Of a DNA stretch of 64,000 bases, positions 53,940-63,486 are shown piece after piece. Source of the stretch: Cyanobacteria bacterium LVE1205-1 (lineage in GTDB: Bacteria > Cyanobacteriota > Cyanobacteriia > CAIUCS01); assembly GCA_041879355.1 (NCBI GenBank), contig CP089922.1:379910-443909 (forward strand). Direction: 5' to 3'. The translations under genes were made by a program, and so were the position numbers. The first letter of the stretch is position 1. Each line of letters opens with the position of its first letter. The notes beneath the pieces were generated by a model. It had not been told where the DNA came from. It saw nothing but the letters and a program-made list of their open reading frames with translations, and searched no databases.

Positions 53940-55312
53940 CTAAAATGGAGCAGTTAGGGGAACTTTGAGAAGTAATACCGCAGTTGTATCAATTAATCCA
54001 TGGAGAAAAACTGAACACCAAAGACGATTCGTCTCCCCAAATGCTAATCCGTAAAAAGTCGCCGCAATTGAACCTAGGAAAATATAAACGGCTTTAAATT
54101 CCAGTTCTGATAGCAAACTACCATCCCCTGGATTATTACCAAAGTGAAATACTCCGAAAATGATAGCAGTGATGACTGTACTCATTATCACCAATTGGTT
54201 CTGACTTTGGGGTGCTTTTTGCCACCGATACAAGAAATCTCGTACGAATACCATTAACCCAGATCGAAATAAAATTTCCTCCATTACCCCAACGCGAAAA
54301 CTAAAAAGAATCAGGTAGGTAACTATCTCCATAGGACTAGGAATGCCACTTAACGGTCGATTAAATTGTAATCCCAAGGTTAAAGGGATGAGAACAATGC
54401 AAGCGATCGCCGTGACCTTAAGGTAGTACCTTAAATCCATCAGCCTGACTTGAAAACTATAGCCAAAATGCTCCCTACCCAACCCTGTTCCATACATCAC
54501 CACAACAATGAATAGATGAACACTGATGAAGGAAGCAAAGTCAAAATGTAAACTAGAAAAGAGGATCATGGCTCCTAAACAAGTCAGAACCAAGAAAAAA
54601 TCAAAAACTTGTAACCGCTGCTCACAGTCTGGCTGTCGGCTGAATGGTAGGTTCATGCCGAGAAATACCACTATATAGGCAAATCCTAAGAGATATCCAT
54701 CTGTAATCAGCACCGAGCAGGCAATTAAATGAAGGGTTAAAAAAATGGTAATTTCCAGATGCTGACTGAACAGTTTAGATATATGGGAAATATGCTTGAT
54801 TAAAGGAGGTTGGGATCGCAGTTTCAGAAATAGGAAGGGCAGACGTAAGATGATAAAAGCAGCGGATAAAAATGCCATAGCATTGAAGCTAAAGGGATTA
54901 TCGGATAGCACTCGACGGAGGGGACCTAGCCAACTGAATTTATTTGGATCCCATCCTAGATACGCCACTGGGAAAATATAGAGGGCTAATGCGCAACAAA
55001 TCCCTAACTGAAAAAATAAGCCGTCGTATTTCAACAAAACTGAACGAACCCACCGTGAGCCAGGGGGGTGGCGAAAAAGAAAACTGGAACCCCAGAAAAT
55101 CCAACTAAGGCAATACATTCCACTATTTTTTCCATCCAGGTCCAGCTATCATCTCTTACACTTAACCGGAAGAATAAAGCGATAAACCATAACCCACATC
55201 CAATTCCGGCAAAGAGTAGCTCACCCTGTCCACCGAAAGGCGAGGGTTTGACCAATTCGCAACGACGCAAGAGAACTAATTTCATCGGTGTACTGCAACA
55301 GTAATCATCCAT
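53940..55312 (-). pseudogene. CPBP-family intramembrane protease (large multi-TM form), one frame break between 55031 and 55118
   Basis: MEEILFRSGL...FGVFHFGNN...FLHGLIDT in ORF 53940..55118. The N-terminal helices continue in ORF 55031..55312 (net -1 junction, probably at a T4 run). Confidence 0.65.
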
Positions 55313-55552
55313 TTTTAATCATCCATTTTTCTGCAAACCCCATTCTACGAAGAAATGTAACCAATTGCTAATTGATGTAACACAAAATGGGGTTTGTACT
55401 CAAGTTGATCACACGATGCAGTATAAAAAGTAAAGGTAGGAAACAGGGGAAAGTCAGTTGCTATTTTGGAAATTCCTAAAAGTGCTTCTGATCTATTTCC
55501 TTATATTTCCCTACATATCTTAACTAAAACTCATTTGGGAGATCAAATAATC

Positions 55553-56074
55553 ATGTACGACGCTTATGCTAAGGTCGTTGCCCAAGCAGATGCACGGGGC
55601 GAGTACCTCAGTGCCGCTCAAATTGATGCCTTGTCTGCCGCCATGGTCAAAGACGGGTTGAAGCGAACAGATACTGTCAATCGAATCACGAGTAATGCAT
55701 CTGCCATTGTTGCAAATGCTGCTCGGTCACTGTTTGCTGAACAACCCCAATTAATCGCCCCAGGCGGAAATGCTTACACTTCACGCCGTCAAGCTGCCTG
55801 CTTGCGCGATATGAGCATTATTCTTCGTTATGTAACCTATGCAATATTTACTGGGGATGCCAGTGTACTAGATGACCGTTGCTTGAATGGTCTTCGGGAA
55901 ACCTATGCTGCTCTGGGCGTTCCTGGTGCCTCTGTAGCCGCTGGGGTTGCCAAGATGAAGGAAGCAGCCATCGCCATTGCCAATGACTCCAACGGTGTTA
56001 CCCGTGGCGACTGTAGTTCTTTAATGTCGGAGTTGGCTAGTTATTTTGATCGGGCTGCCAGTGCCGTAGGTTAA
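55553..56074 (+). CDS. cpcB: C-phycocyanin beta subunit
   Basis: [20 protein letters not shown]...[19 protein letters not shown] (Cys-82 site)...[23 protein letters not shown] use ATG 55553 rather than the longer track ORF. Confidence 0.93.
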   Translation: MYDAYAKVVAQADARGEYLSAAQIDALSAAMVKDGLKRTDTVNRITSNASAIVANAARSLFAEQPQLIAPGGNAYTSRRQAACLRDMSIILRYVTYAIFTGDASVLDDRCLNGLRETYAALGVPGASVAAGVAKMKEAAIAIANDSNGVTRGDCSSLMSELASYFDRAASAVG

Positions 56075-56168
56075 GTGGTCATTTAGAATCTTTTTTCCTG
56101 GTTCCTTATTTTTAAGTTAAACCTTGGGTTTCAAGCAATTTTTTAAACATTTAGGAGAGATTACATCA

Positions 56169-56657
56169 ATGAAGACACCTTTGACCGAAGCGGTCGCTAC
56201 TGCTGACTCTCAAGGTCGCTTCCTCAGTTCCACTGAGATCCAGATTGCCTTTGGTCGTGTTCGCCAGGCAGGTGCTAGTTTGGAAGCAGCAAAAGTTTTA
56301 AGTAGCAAGGGAAATTCCCTAGCTGAATCTGCAGCGAATGCAGTTTATCAAAAGTTTCCTTACACGACCCAAATGCAAGGACCGAATTATGCGGCGGATC
56401 AGCGGGGGAAAGACAAGTGCGTGCGGGACATTGGTTATTATATCCGCATGGTGAGCTATTGTTTAGTTGCTGGCAGTACAGGACCGTTAGATGATTATTT
56501 AATTTCTGGCTTGTCTGAAATTAATAGCACCTATGAGTTGTCTCCCAGTTGGTATATTGAAGCCCTTAAATATATTAAGGCAAATCATGGTTTATCAGGC
56601 GAGCCCGCTACTGAAGCAAATTCCTATATTGATTATGCAATTAACGCCCTTAGTTAA
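56169..56657 (+). CDS. cpcA: C-phycocyanin alpha subunit
   Basis: [25 protein letters not shown]...[12 protein letters not shown] (Cys-84 site)...[19 protein letters not shown] use ATG 56169. Confidence 0.93.
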   Translation: MKTPLTEAVATADSQGRFLSSTEIQIAFGRVRQAGASLEAAKVLSSKGNSLAESAANAVYQKFPYTTQMQGPNYAADQRGKDKCVRDIGYYIRMVSYCLVAGSTGPLDDYLISGLSEINSTYELSPSWYIEALKYIKANHGLSGEPATEANSYIDYAINALS

Positions 56658-56669
56658 TCAGTAGAGTTT

Positions 56670-56715
56670 ACAACAGGGTCAACTAGGTTGATGTTGACCC
56701 TGTTGTAAACTTTTT
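56670..56715 (+). terminator. 14-bp perfect stem-loop plus T-run immediately after cpcA (attenuating terminator or processing site)
   Basis: ACAACAGGGTCAAC (56670-56683), a 9-nt loop, GTTGACCCTGTTGT (56693-56706), then AAACTTTTT. Confidence 0.65.
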
Positions 56716-56972
56716 CAATTAGACATTAACTATCACTTTTACTAGTTTTGTAAGGGTGATATTGAAGCATTTTTTGATATCAAAATTTAACCTATTCCAT
56801 TCTATTCAATCGATCTTATTGATGGATCCTCTGTTAGATATCTATTAACAGAGTCCATATATTTTTGAAATAGTAGAACATTCTTATTTCTGGTTTAATG
56901 TGGCAAAGCCTATTCTTACCAGTTCCAGACTATATTATAATCTCATTCTTTGACTGCAAGGAGTACTATTAA

Positions 56973-57836
56973 ATGGCAATTACAACAGCAGCATCCCGAC
57001 TAGGAACATTACCGTTTACTGAAACAGGTATCATTGAGTTGCTTCCCCAGGCTACTTTGGATGATGTCGAGAATGTCATTCATGCAGTTTATCGGCAACT
57101 GCTTGGAAATGTCTATCTTTTGTCTGCTGATCGTTTAGTTAGTATTGAGTCATCCCTGCGAGACCGCAAAATTACTGTACAGCAGTTTGTCCGTCAGGTT
57201 GCCAAATCTGAACTTTATAAAACAAAATACTTTTATGGGTCTTTCCAGTCTCGGGTAATTGAACTTAATTACAAACATCTTTTGGGTCGGGCTCCTTATG
57301 ATGAATCGGAAATTGCACTTCATTTAGATTTGTATGAGACCTCCGGTTATGATGCTGACATTGATTCTTATATTGATTCAGAGGAATACCAAACTCGCTT
57401 TGGTGAAAACATAGTGCCCTACTTTCATAGCTTGGAAGTACAAACTGGACATAGGACGGTTGGATTTACCCGATTCTTTCAGTTGTATCGAGGTTATGCA
57501 AACAGTGACCGCTCTCAAATTGGCGGAAATAGCTCACGGTTAGCTATTGAACTTGGTTCAGGTACAGTTTCACCTATTGTGGCTCCATCAGGGGACAATG
57601 ACGGATGGGCCTATCGTTCTAGCGTAAAGGGAGAAACCAGTAAAAGCAGCTTTGGTGGTTCAACTTTATATAGTGGTCGCCTCTATCGGTTGGAATTTGC
57701 TGGAATTAATCAACCAGGGTATCCAAGCGTACGTAGAACAAATCAAGCATTTAACGTACGTTATGATGAGTTACTAACCTTTATGCAGCGGTTACGTCGT
57801 TCAGGCGGTAAATTAGCCACTGTCACCCCTGTTTAA
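56973..57836 (+). CDS. cpcC: phycobilisome rod linker polypeptide (CpcC type, PBS-linker domain plus CpcD-like C-terminal domain)
   Basis: [12 protein letters not shown]...[27 protein letters not shown]...[22 protein letters not shown]. Confidence 0.88.
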   Translation: MAITTAASRLGTLPFTETGIIELLPQATLDDVENVIHAVYRQLLGNVYLLSADRLVSIESSLRDRKITVQQFVRQVAKSELYKTKYFYGSFQSRVIELNYKHLLGRAPYDESEIALHLDLYETSGYDADIDSYIDSEEYQTRFGENIVPYFHSLEVQTGHRTVGFTRFFQLYRGYANSDRSQIGGNSSRLAIELGSGTVSPIVAPSGDNDGWAYRSSVKGETSKSSFGGSTLYSGRLYRLEFAGINQPGYPSVRRTNQAFNVRYDELLTFMQRLRRSGGKLATVTPV

Positions 57837-57848
57837 TGGATGTTGTAA

Positions 57849-58703
57849 ATGGATAACTTCTTAAACCAGAATGAATCCATGGATGAAGACAGTAGTACTA
57901 TCACGGGCAACGAACGATTAACGGTAGACCAGGCGATCGCCAACCTACAGGGGGAACACCTGGGATTACGGGTTTATGCAGCTTGGTGGTTGGGAAGGTT
58001 CCGGGTCTCGGAACCTTCTGTCATTGAAAGGTTAATTCAATCCTTGGAGGATGAAGAGGATCGAACTGTTGCCGGTGGGTATCCCCTGCGACGAAATGCT
58101 GCTAGGGCTCTGGGAAAGTTAGGGGATCGGCGGGCGGTTATTCCTTTGATTCATTGCTTACAGTGCAGTGATTTTTATGTACGAGAAGCTGCCGCTTTAG
58201 CTTTGGAGCAGTTGCGGGATCCATTGGCAATCCCGGCTTTAATTGAATTGTTAACAGCTCCTGCCATCCCAACCGTAGCGTCAGATAGTTTACCCCCCCA
58301 ACCCTATGATGCAATTTTAGAAGCCCTTGGTTCCTTGCAGGCTCATGATGCAGTCCCATTTATCCTCCCATTTTTAAGCCATCAGGTGGAACGGATTCGG
58401 TGTTCCGCTTTGCGAGCTATGTATCAATTGGCTGATTCTGCTGCCGCAGCATCCATGTATGGGGATCAACTAATTGGGATGTTGTCCCACCCCAATTTAC
58501 AATTACGGCGAACTGTTTTGGCTGACTTGGGAGCAATTGGTTATGGTGCAGCCGCTGAAGCGATTGCCCATACCTTAGCCGAAAATAGCCTTAAATTAAT
58601 TTCACTGAAAGGATTATTGGAAAAGGAATTGACCGGAATCCACCCATCACTCCTCTCACCAAGAGCCATCCAAGTTATGGCTCTGATGGATGATCTCCTT
58701 TAA
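57849..58703 (+). CDS. cpcE: phycocyanobilin lyase subunit CpcE (HEAT repeats)
   Basis: TVDQAIANLQ...RVYAAWWLGRFRVSEP...GGYPLRRNAARALGKLGDRRAVIPLI...YVREAAALALEQL...ENSLKLISLKGL...MALMDDLL. It is co-linear with CpcE as I remember it. Confidence 0.85.
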   Translation: MDNFLNQNESMDEDSSTITGNERLTVDQAIANLQGEHLGLRVYAAWWLGRFRVSEPSVIERLIQSLEDEEDRTVAGGYPLRRNAARALGKLGDRRAVIPLIHCLQCSDFYVREAAALALEQLRDPLAIPALIELLTAPAIPTVASDSLPPQPYDAILEALGSLQAHDAVPFILPFLSHQVERIRCSALRAMYQLADSAAAASMYGDQLIGMLSHPNLQLRRTVLADLGAIGYGAAAEAIAHTLAENSLKLISLKGLLEKELTGIHPSLLSPRAIQVMALMDDLL

Positions 58704-58785
58704 TTGGGGAGATTGGTTGGTTGTTGTTTCAAGTTGGTGAGTATGGTTTGAATACGGGGGGTTTCCAGGAATTGCTTAGCTTCGG

Positions 58786-59562
58786 TTAATAATTTCTCCC
58801 CCATAGATTTTCCTTTAGAAATGCCAGATCTGCATACCGACAATCAATTTTAAGGGCAGCTTCACCTAATTCTAAACCCTTGCTTTGTTCGCCTCGAAAA
58901 TAAATGGCAATTGCGAGAGCTAAACGGGGTTCAGCCGCATCTTCTTCTAAGTTTGCGGCCATTTGCCATTGCTTTAAGGCAGCATCAACCCTGCCGAGTT
59001 CATAATCAATCAATCCAATGTTATTAATGGCAGGCCAAAATTTAGCATCCAGACGGATTGTTTTATTGTATTGGGCGATCGCCTCCTGATACCGCTTTAG
59101 CATATAAAAGGCGTTACCCAAATCAAACAAGGCTCCCGGAGTTTGGGGACGAAGCTTTAATCCAGATTGGATATAATCCACTGCTTCTTTATACTTTTGC
59201 TTTTGGAAATGGGCAGTCCCCAACGCAAAAAATACAGCCGATTCTTTAGGGTTCAGTTTAATGGCTTGTTTTAGAGCCCCAATCCCCTCATCAAGACGTT
59301 GAGATTGAATATAAAGACTTCCTAACAAAGCCCACACTTGAAAATTTCGAGGAGCCAACTGAACGGCTAACTGGGCTCGGGGTAATGCGAGTTGGAATTG
59401 TTGTAACTGAGATAATTGGGCGGCTTCTTGGGCTAAACTAAGCCCCTGGCGAGTCATTTGTTCTGAATCTAACTCTAACAATCGGGGTAGGAGGGACTGT
59501 CCCACAACCGGAGTGGGATAACAAAACGCCCAACCCAGAGTAAGGCTAACGGCAGTCGCCAC
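58786..59562 (-). CDS. TPR-repeat protein (probably exported)
   Basis: At least five TPR units (e.g. AVFFALGTAHFQKQKYKEAVDYIQSGLKLRPQ). GTG start with a short hydrophobic N-terminus. Confidence 0.7.
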   Translation of the reverse strand: MATAVSLTLGWAFCYPTPVVGQSLLPRLLELDSEQMTRQGLSLAQEAAQLSQLQQFQLALPRAQLAVQLAPRNFQVWALLGSLYIQSQRLDEGIGALKQAIKLNPKESAVFFALGTAHFQKQKYKEAVDYIQSGLKLRPQTPGALFDLGNAFYMLKRYQEAIAQYNKTIRLDAKFWPAINNIGLIDYELGRVDAALKQWQMAANLEEDAAEPRLALAIAIYFRGEQSKGLELGEAALKIDCRYADLAFLKENLWGRNY

Positions 59563-59675
59563 CAGTAAACTCTTTGATTGAAAGGGTTTGGGGGAAACCT
59601 ATTGATAAAATGGGACACGGTAAATGATGATGACAAGGGATAAAAAATAATCACAAGGGGTGACAACTCCCACCA

Positions 59676-59918
59676 TCAACTGCTAAGAGGGGTCTGACGG
59701 GGGCTTCTCAAATTCACAAATGAGAATTCTTGTCTCACAGGCTGTACATCCACTAAGCCTCCACAAGCAGCAAACGGTTGTCCTACCGTCCGTTTAAGTA
59801 TATTCAAACTTGCCTTTAAATCCCTGTCTAAACTGACTTCACAATTAGGGTAATCATGAACTCGAATCGACAAGTCTTTAACAACACTTTCCTCACAATT
59901 AAAACATTGGATGCTCGG
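59676..59918 (-). mobile_element. truncated TnpB (IS200/IS605 accessory nuclease) C-terminal remnant with degenerate zinc finger
   Basis: APSIQCFNCEESVVKDLSIRVHDYPNCEVSLDRDLKASLNILKRTVGQP corresponds to the TnpB pattern C..CG....LS.R.H.C..CG...DRD.NAA.NIL. The Met of the track ORF lies inside the neighbouring repeat and is spurious. Confidence 0.6.
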
Positions 59919-60092
59919 GGCAACCGCACACAAAACTTTATTTATCAATAAGAGCTAATTTTCATCACTTTATTGCAAAAATTCTCATTAGTCAAGGCTT
60001 ATTGAGAATAAATATCTTCTAAACTAGTGTTTTTAATATTGAGGTACACCTTATATAGCATATAGCTCGTTAAGAAACGTGTGCGGTTGCCC
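59919..60092. mobile_element. 170-bp TIR element, copy B, with perfect 14-bp terminal inverted repeats
   Basis: GGGCAACCGCACAC (59919-59932) pairs with GTGTGCGGTTGCCC (60079-60092). The interior is near-identical to the reverse complement of 20626-20790. Confidence 0.65.
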
Positions 60093-60370
60093 TGATCGCT
60101 GCCTATACTCCCTTACTATTGATTTAGTACTTGTCACAAAGTACCGCAAAAAGATAATTGACAAGGGTATCCTGCAAAGATTGCACGAAATCGTTGCCAA
60201 TACCTGTGAACAGTGGAGCAGCACACTGACTGATTTTAACGGGGAGTCCCACCACGTTCATCTGGTAGCAATCAGCAAGTAGAAATCAGCAAGTTAGTGC
60301 ATAACTGAAAGACTGTTTCTAGTCAGTTGATTTGCCAAGAGTATGCGGATGGTGTCAACCAAATTATAGT
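60093..60370 (+). pseudogene. tnpA: IS200/IS605 Y1 transposase TnpA remnant (N-terminally truncated, frameshifted, internal stop)
   Basis: ..SLTIDLVLVTKYRKKIIDKGILQRLHEIVANTCEQW...FNGESHHVHLV (HuH motif), then a shifted EISKLVHN*KTVSSQLICQEYA. A tandem duplicate of ATCAGCAAGT (60271-60280 and 60285-60294) sits at the break. Confidence 0.65.
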
Positions 60371-60377
60371 AAGCCAG

Positions 60378-60422
60378 CTGATTGACTGACAAAACTTCTC
60401 AGCCAAAACCCCGAAAGCCCTC
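60378..60422 (+). repeat. partial copy (left 45 nt) of the 24044-24194 MITE
   Basis: CTGATTGACTGACAAAACTTCTCAGCCAAAACCCCGAAAGCCCTC compares with 24042-24087 with one indel by eye. Confidence 0.6.
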
Positions 60423-60465
60423 ACCACCAACCCCTAAGAGCAGTCTGGTGGGAGTACCCCGCAGT

Positions 60466-61373
60466 TTAGATGGATATCCATCGGGCAATAACCCAGTAAC
60501 TCCCATCAATGAAATGGGTTAGCCCAATGAACACGAATAACCAGTTAGCTATTTTGGTAATGGAAGAACCACGATTTAAAAGATAACGGGTATGCTTGAC
60601 CAGACCCGTAAAAATACTGGAAATAAAAATAACAATGGTATACCCAATGGCAAAGAAAAGCATGGTGAGAGTACTTAGCCATGGCGAACCACTAGCGGCA
60701 CCCACTGTCAAAACTGAAAATAAAACCGGACTGGCACAAGGGGAACCAATTAAGGCAAATGTGACTCCAACGCCATAGGGTCGCAATAGTGCCAGACGAG
60801 TATGCAGTTTACGGTTGATGACAGAATGGTGGAATAGTGGAATAGCAAGGGTACCGGTTGGGATACGCCAATGGTTTATCCTTCCCATCACCATGCCTAT
60901 AAAATTGGTTCCCATGGACATCACCACTAATCCAACGAAAATTTGAAGAAACCCCCGATACTGAATGAATACGATGGAAGCAAAACCGGTCATGAGTCCT
61001 AACAAACTTAGAACGGTAATCACCCCGGTGACAAATGCGGTTGCCTTGAGGGTGGCATCCCAACGGGAATGGCTTGCCTGGGTGCCAATGTAGCTAATAT
61101 TAATGGGGAGTAAGGTGAGAATACAGGGGGAAATACTTGATACAACCCCTCCTACAAATGCCAGTAAGGGTAACAGTAGGGGATAAACCCGATGATGTTG
61201 AACCAGCCAATCTCCATAATACCCCCTATTGTCGTTGTTAAGGTGCTGAAGGACTGAGTGAGTTGAATAATTTGTGCTCCATTCCCAATGCCTAGGGTTA
61301 GGACGACAATTCCCAACACCACTGGTAAATAGGGATGAAACCAGACGTTAAGTAATCGGTTGCGGTGTTTCAT
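60466..61373 (-). pseudogene. cytochrome c biogenesis CcdA / DsbD-family thiol-disulfide transporter, one frame break
   Basis: MKHRNRLLNVWFHPYLPVVLG...IGFIP joins LLLPLLAFVGGVVSSISPCILTLLPINISYIGTQ...ALIGSPCASPVLF at the run 61179-61182. Confidence 0.7.
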
Positions 61374-61485
61374 TATTCTTAAAATATAATGAACAGTACC
61401 ATTTTTAGGGATTGACTGATTAGGATTATAAGATAACGACAATGATGACCTAATCAAGGGCTCCGATTTAACGGACTAAATCCCC

Positions 61486-62100
61486 ATGCCTATCACCCAC
61501 CCCTCATCCCAATCTGAGGTAGAAATTCGTAGTCGGATTCTTTTATCTGCATTAAGTTTATTTGCCAAGCGCGGCTATGCTGCCAGCAGCACAAAAGAAC
61601 TAGCTAAATCTGCTGGCATTGCGGAGGGGACTTTATTCCGTCACTTTGAGAATAAAAAGGCTATTCTTATTGAAATTGTAACCCAAGGATGGATAGACAT
61701 CTTAACCAATCTTCTCACTGAATTGAGTGAAATGGGAAGCTATCATGCCATCGCCCAAGTGATGCGACGGCGGATGTTTAATTTACATAAAAATGCAGAC
61801 CTGATGAAGGTTTGTTTCATGGAGACCCAATTCCATCCTGATTTACGGGATCGCATTCAATCTGAAATTGTCGATAAAATGACCACCGTAGCGGAAGCAT
61901 TCTTTGAAGAGGCAATGAAGAAAGGAATTTACCGACCCATGAATGTTAAAACTGTTTCTCGGGTATTTATTGGGATGTTTGCAATTACCGGGTTTAGTTA
62001 TGGTACCCTAACAGAACCAGGGGCATCCCATGAAGATTTGAAACAAATGGCGGAGGGCGTGGCTGATATTTTTCTCAATGGGGTATTACAACGGTCTTAA
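61486..62100 (+). CDS. TetR/AcrR-family transcriptional regulator
   Basis: The N-terminal HTH is ILLSALSLFAKRGYAASSTKELAKSAGIAEGTLFRHFENKKAIL. It is divergent from the ccdA-like gene. Confidence 0.85.
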   Translation: MPITHPSSQSEVEIRSRILLSALSLFAKRGYAASSTKELAKSAGIAEGTLFRHFENKKAILIEIVTQGWIDILTNLLTELSEMGSYHAIAQVMRRRMFNLHKNADLMKVCFMETQFHPDLRDRIQSEIVDKMTTVAEAFFEEAMKKGIYRPMNVKTVSRVFIGMFAITGFSYGTLTEPGASHEDLKQMAEGVADIFLNGVLQRS

Positions 62101-62114
62101 ATTGCATCAATACC

Positions 62115-63485
62115 ATGAGTGATCCGATGGTTGCCCATCCCCTGTCAATTGGAGTGTTAGTCGACTTGGAATGGGGGGTCAGGGCAGGGGGACATGTGAA
62201 GTGTTGGGAACGGTTTGCTGAGGCTGCCAGTCAGTTTCCTGAAACATTGGAGCTGACGGTTTACTTTTTGGGAGACCGGGAGTCGGTGGTAGAATTAACC
62301 CCTCAGGTGCGTTATCACATTATCCCTCCCCGATGGGGCACCAAACGGTTTCCATGGTTGAAACAAGGGGGCGGGGATACGGACTTGGCGGGTTATAATC
62401 GTCGGCTTGTCCCTTTACTAAAACGGCATCAGATCCTTCATGCTACTGGAATTTTTACCTTTGCCCAAACTGCACGACAGGTTGCCAAACGGTTTTCCAT
62501 TCCACTGGTTAGTTCTATCCATACTGATTTGCCTAAATTTACCCAAGTTTATTCCCGAGAAATCATTAGTCGGTTTATTGGGGAGGGTTGGCTCTATTGG
62601 GTATTCTTTCATCAGTTGCGGATTGATGAATGGTTAGCAGCTTGGATGGGTTATCGATTAAGTCGATTCCTAGCAGATTGCCGATGGGTATTAATTTCTA
62701 AACCTGAAGACCGTCAATTTGTATTAAACGTAATTCCGCCGGATCGTATTTCCCAACTGAGGCGGGGGGTTGATAAAGATCGATTCCATCCCCGGTGGCG
62801 CGATCGCCTACGACTTGAGTCTACCTTTGGCATTGATCCATCCCTACCCGTTGCTTTATTTGTTGGCAGGGTGGATGACAGCAAAAAAGTAATGACCATG
62901 GCTTTAGCGGTACGGAAATTATTAGACCAGGGTTATTCCTTACATGGATTCATTATTGGTGAAGGGGCTGCTAAATCGCAGATCCAGTCTCTCCTGGGTC
63001 ATCATGTTACCTTGACCGGACAAATTCCCCAATCTGAACTACCCTGGTTGTACGCCAGTTCTGATTTGTTCGTCTTTCCATCGGAAAGTGAGGTTTCCCC
63101 CAACGTTGTTATAGAAGCAAAAGCATCCGGATTACCTGTATTTATCTCCAGTCGCGATGGAGGTGCCCAATTTATCCAGTTTTCCAGTTTAGATGGCGTG
63201 TTGGTGGATGACCCTGACCCAATGGCATGGGCTGAGGCGATCGCCCCTTACTTGGCTCCACCGTTAGATAAAGGGATGGAAACTAGTGTTGATGACCAAG
63301 AACTACAGACCACTGATGCCATCCTAAGACGACATTCCATGGGTACAGCAGCTCGCCATACCATTGACCATGTTCCCGACTGGTCTGATGTTTTAACCAT
63401 GGATTTGTTACCAGTGTGGGAACATGTATGGGCTGAACACCAGTCTACCCATCAACACCACAATAAACCTGAAAAATTGGCATAA
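62115..63485 (+). CDS. glycosyltransferase family 4 (group 1)
   Basis: C-terminal GT1 motif LYASSDLFVFPSESEVSPNVVIEAKASGLPVFIS. Confidence 0.75.
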   Translation: MSDPMVAHPLSIGVLVDLEWGVRAGGHVKCWERFAEAASQFPETLELTVYFLGDRESVVELTPQVRYHIIPPRWGTKRFPWLKQGGGDTDLAGYNRRLVPLLKRHQILHATGIFTFAQTARQVAKRFSIPLVSSIHTDLPKFTQVYSREIISRFIGEGWLYWVFFHQLRIDEWLAAWMGYRLSRFLADCRWVLISKPEDRQFVLNVIPPDRISQLRRGVDKDRFHPRWRDRLRLESTFGIDPSLPVALFVGRVDDSKKVMTMALAVRKLLDQGYSLHGFIIGEGAAKSQIQSLLGHHVTLTGQIPQSELPWLYASSDLFVFPSESEVSPNVVIEAKASGLPVFISSRDGGAQFIQFSSLDGVLVDDPDPMAWAEAIAPYLAPPLDKGMETSVDDQELQTTDAILRRHSMGTAARHTIDHVPDWSDVLTMDLLPVWEHVWAEHQSTHQHHNKPEKLA

Positions 63486-63486
63486 A

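Noticed and set aside
58704-58785. Possible remnant of cpcF or cpcD after cpcE.
   Set aside because: Only about 80 nt are available and no frame resembles either protein.
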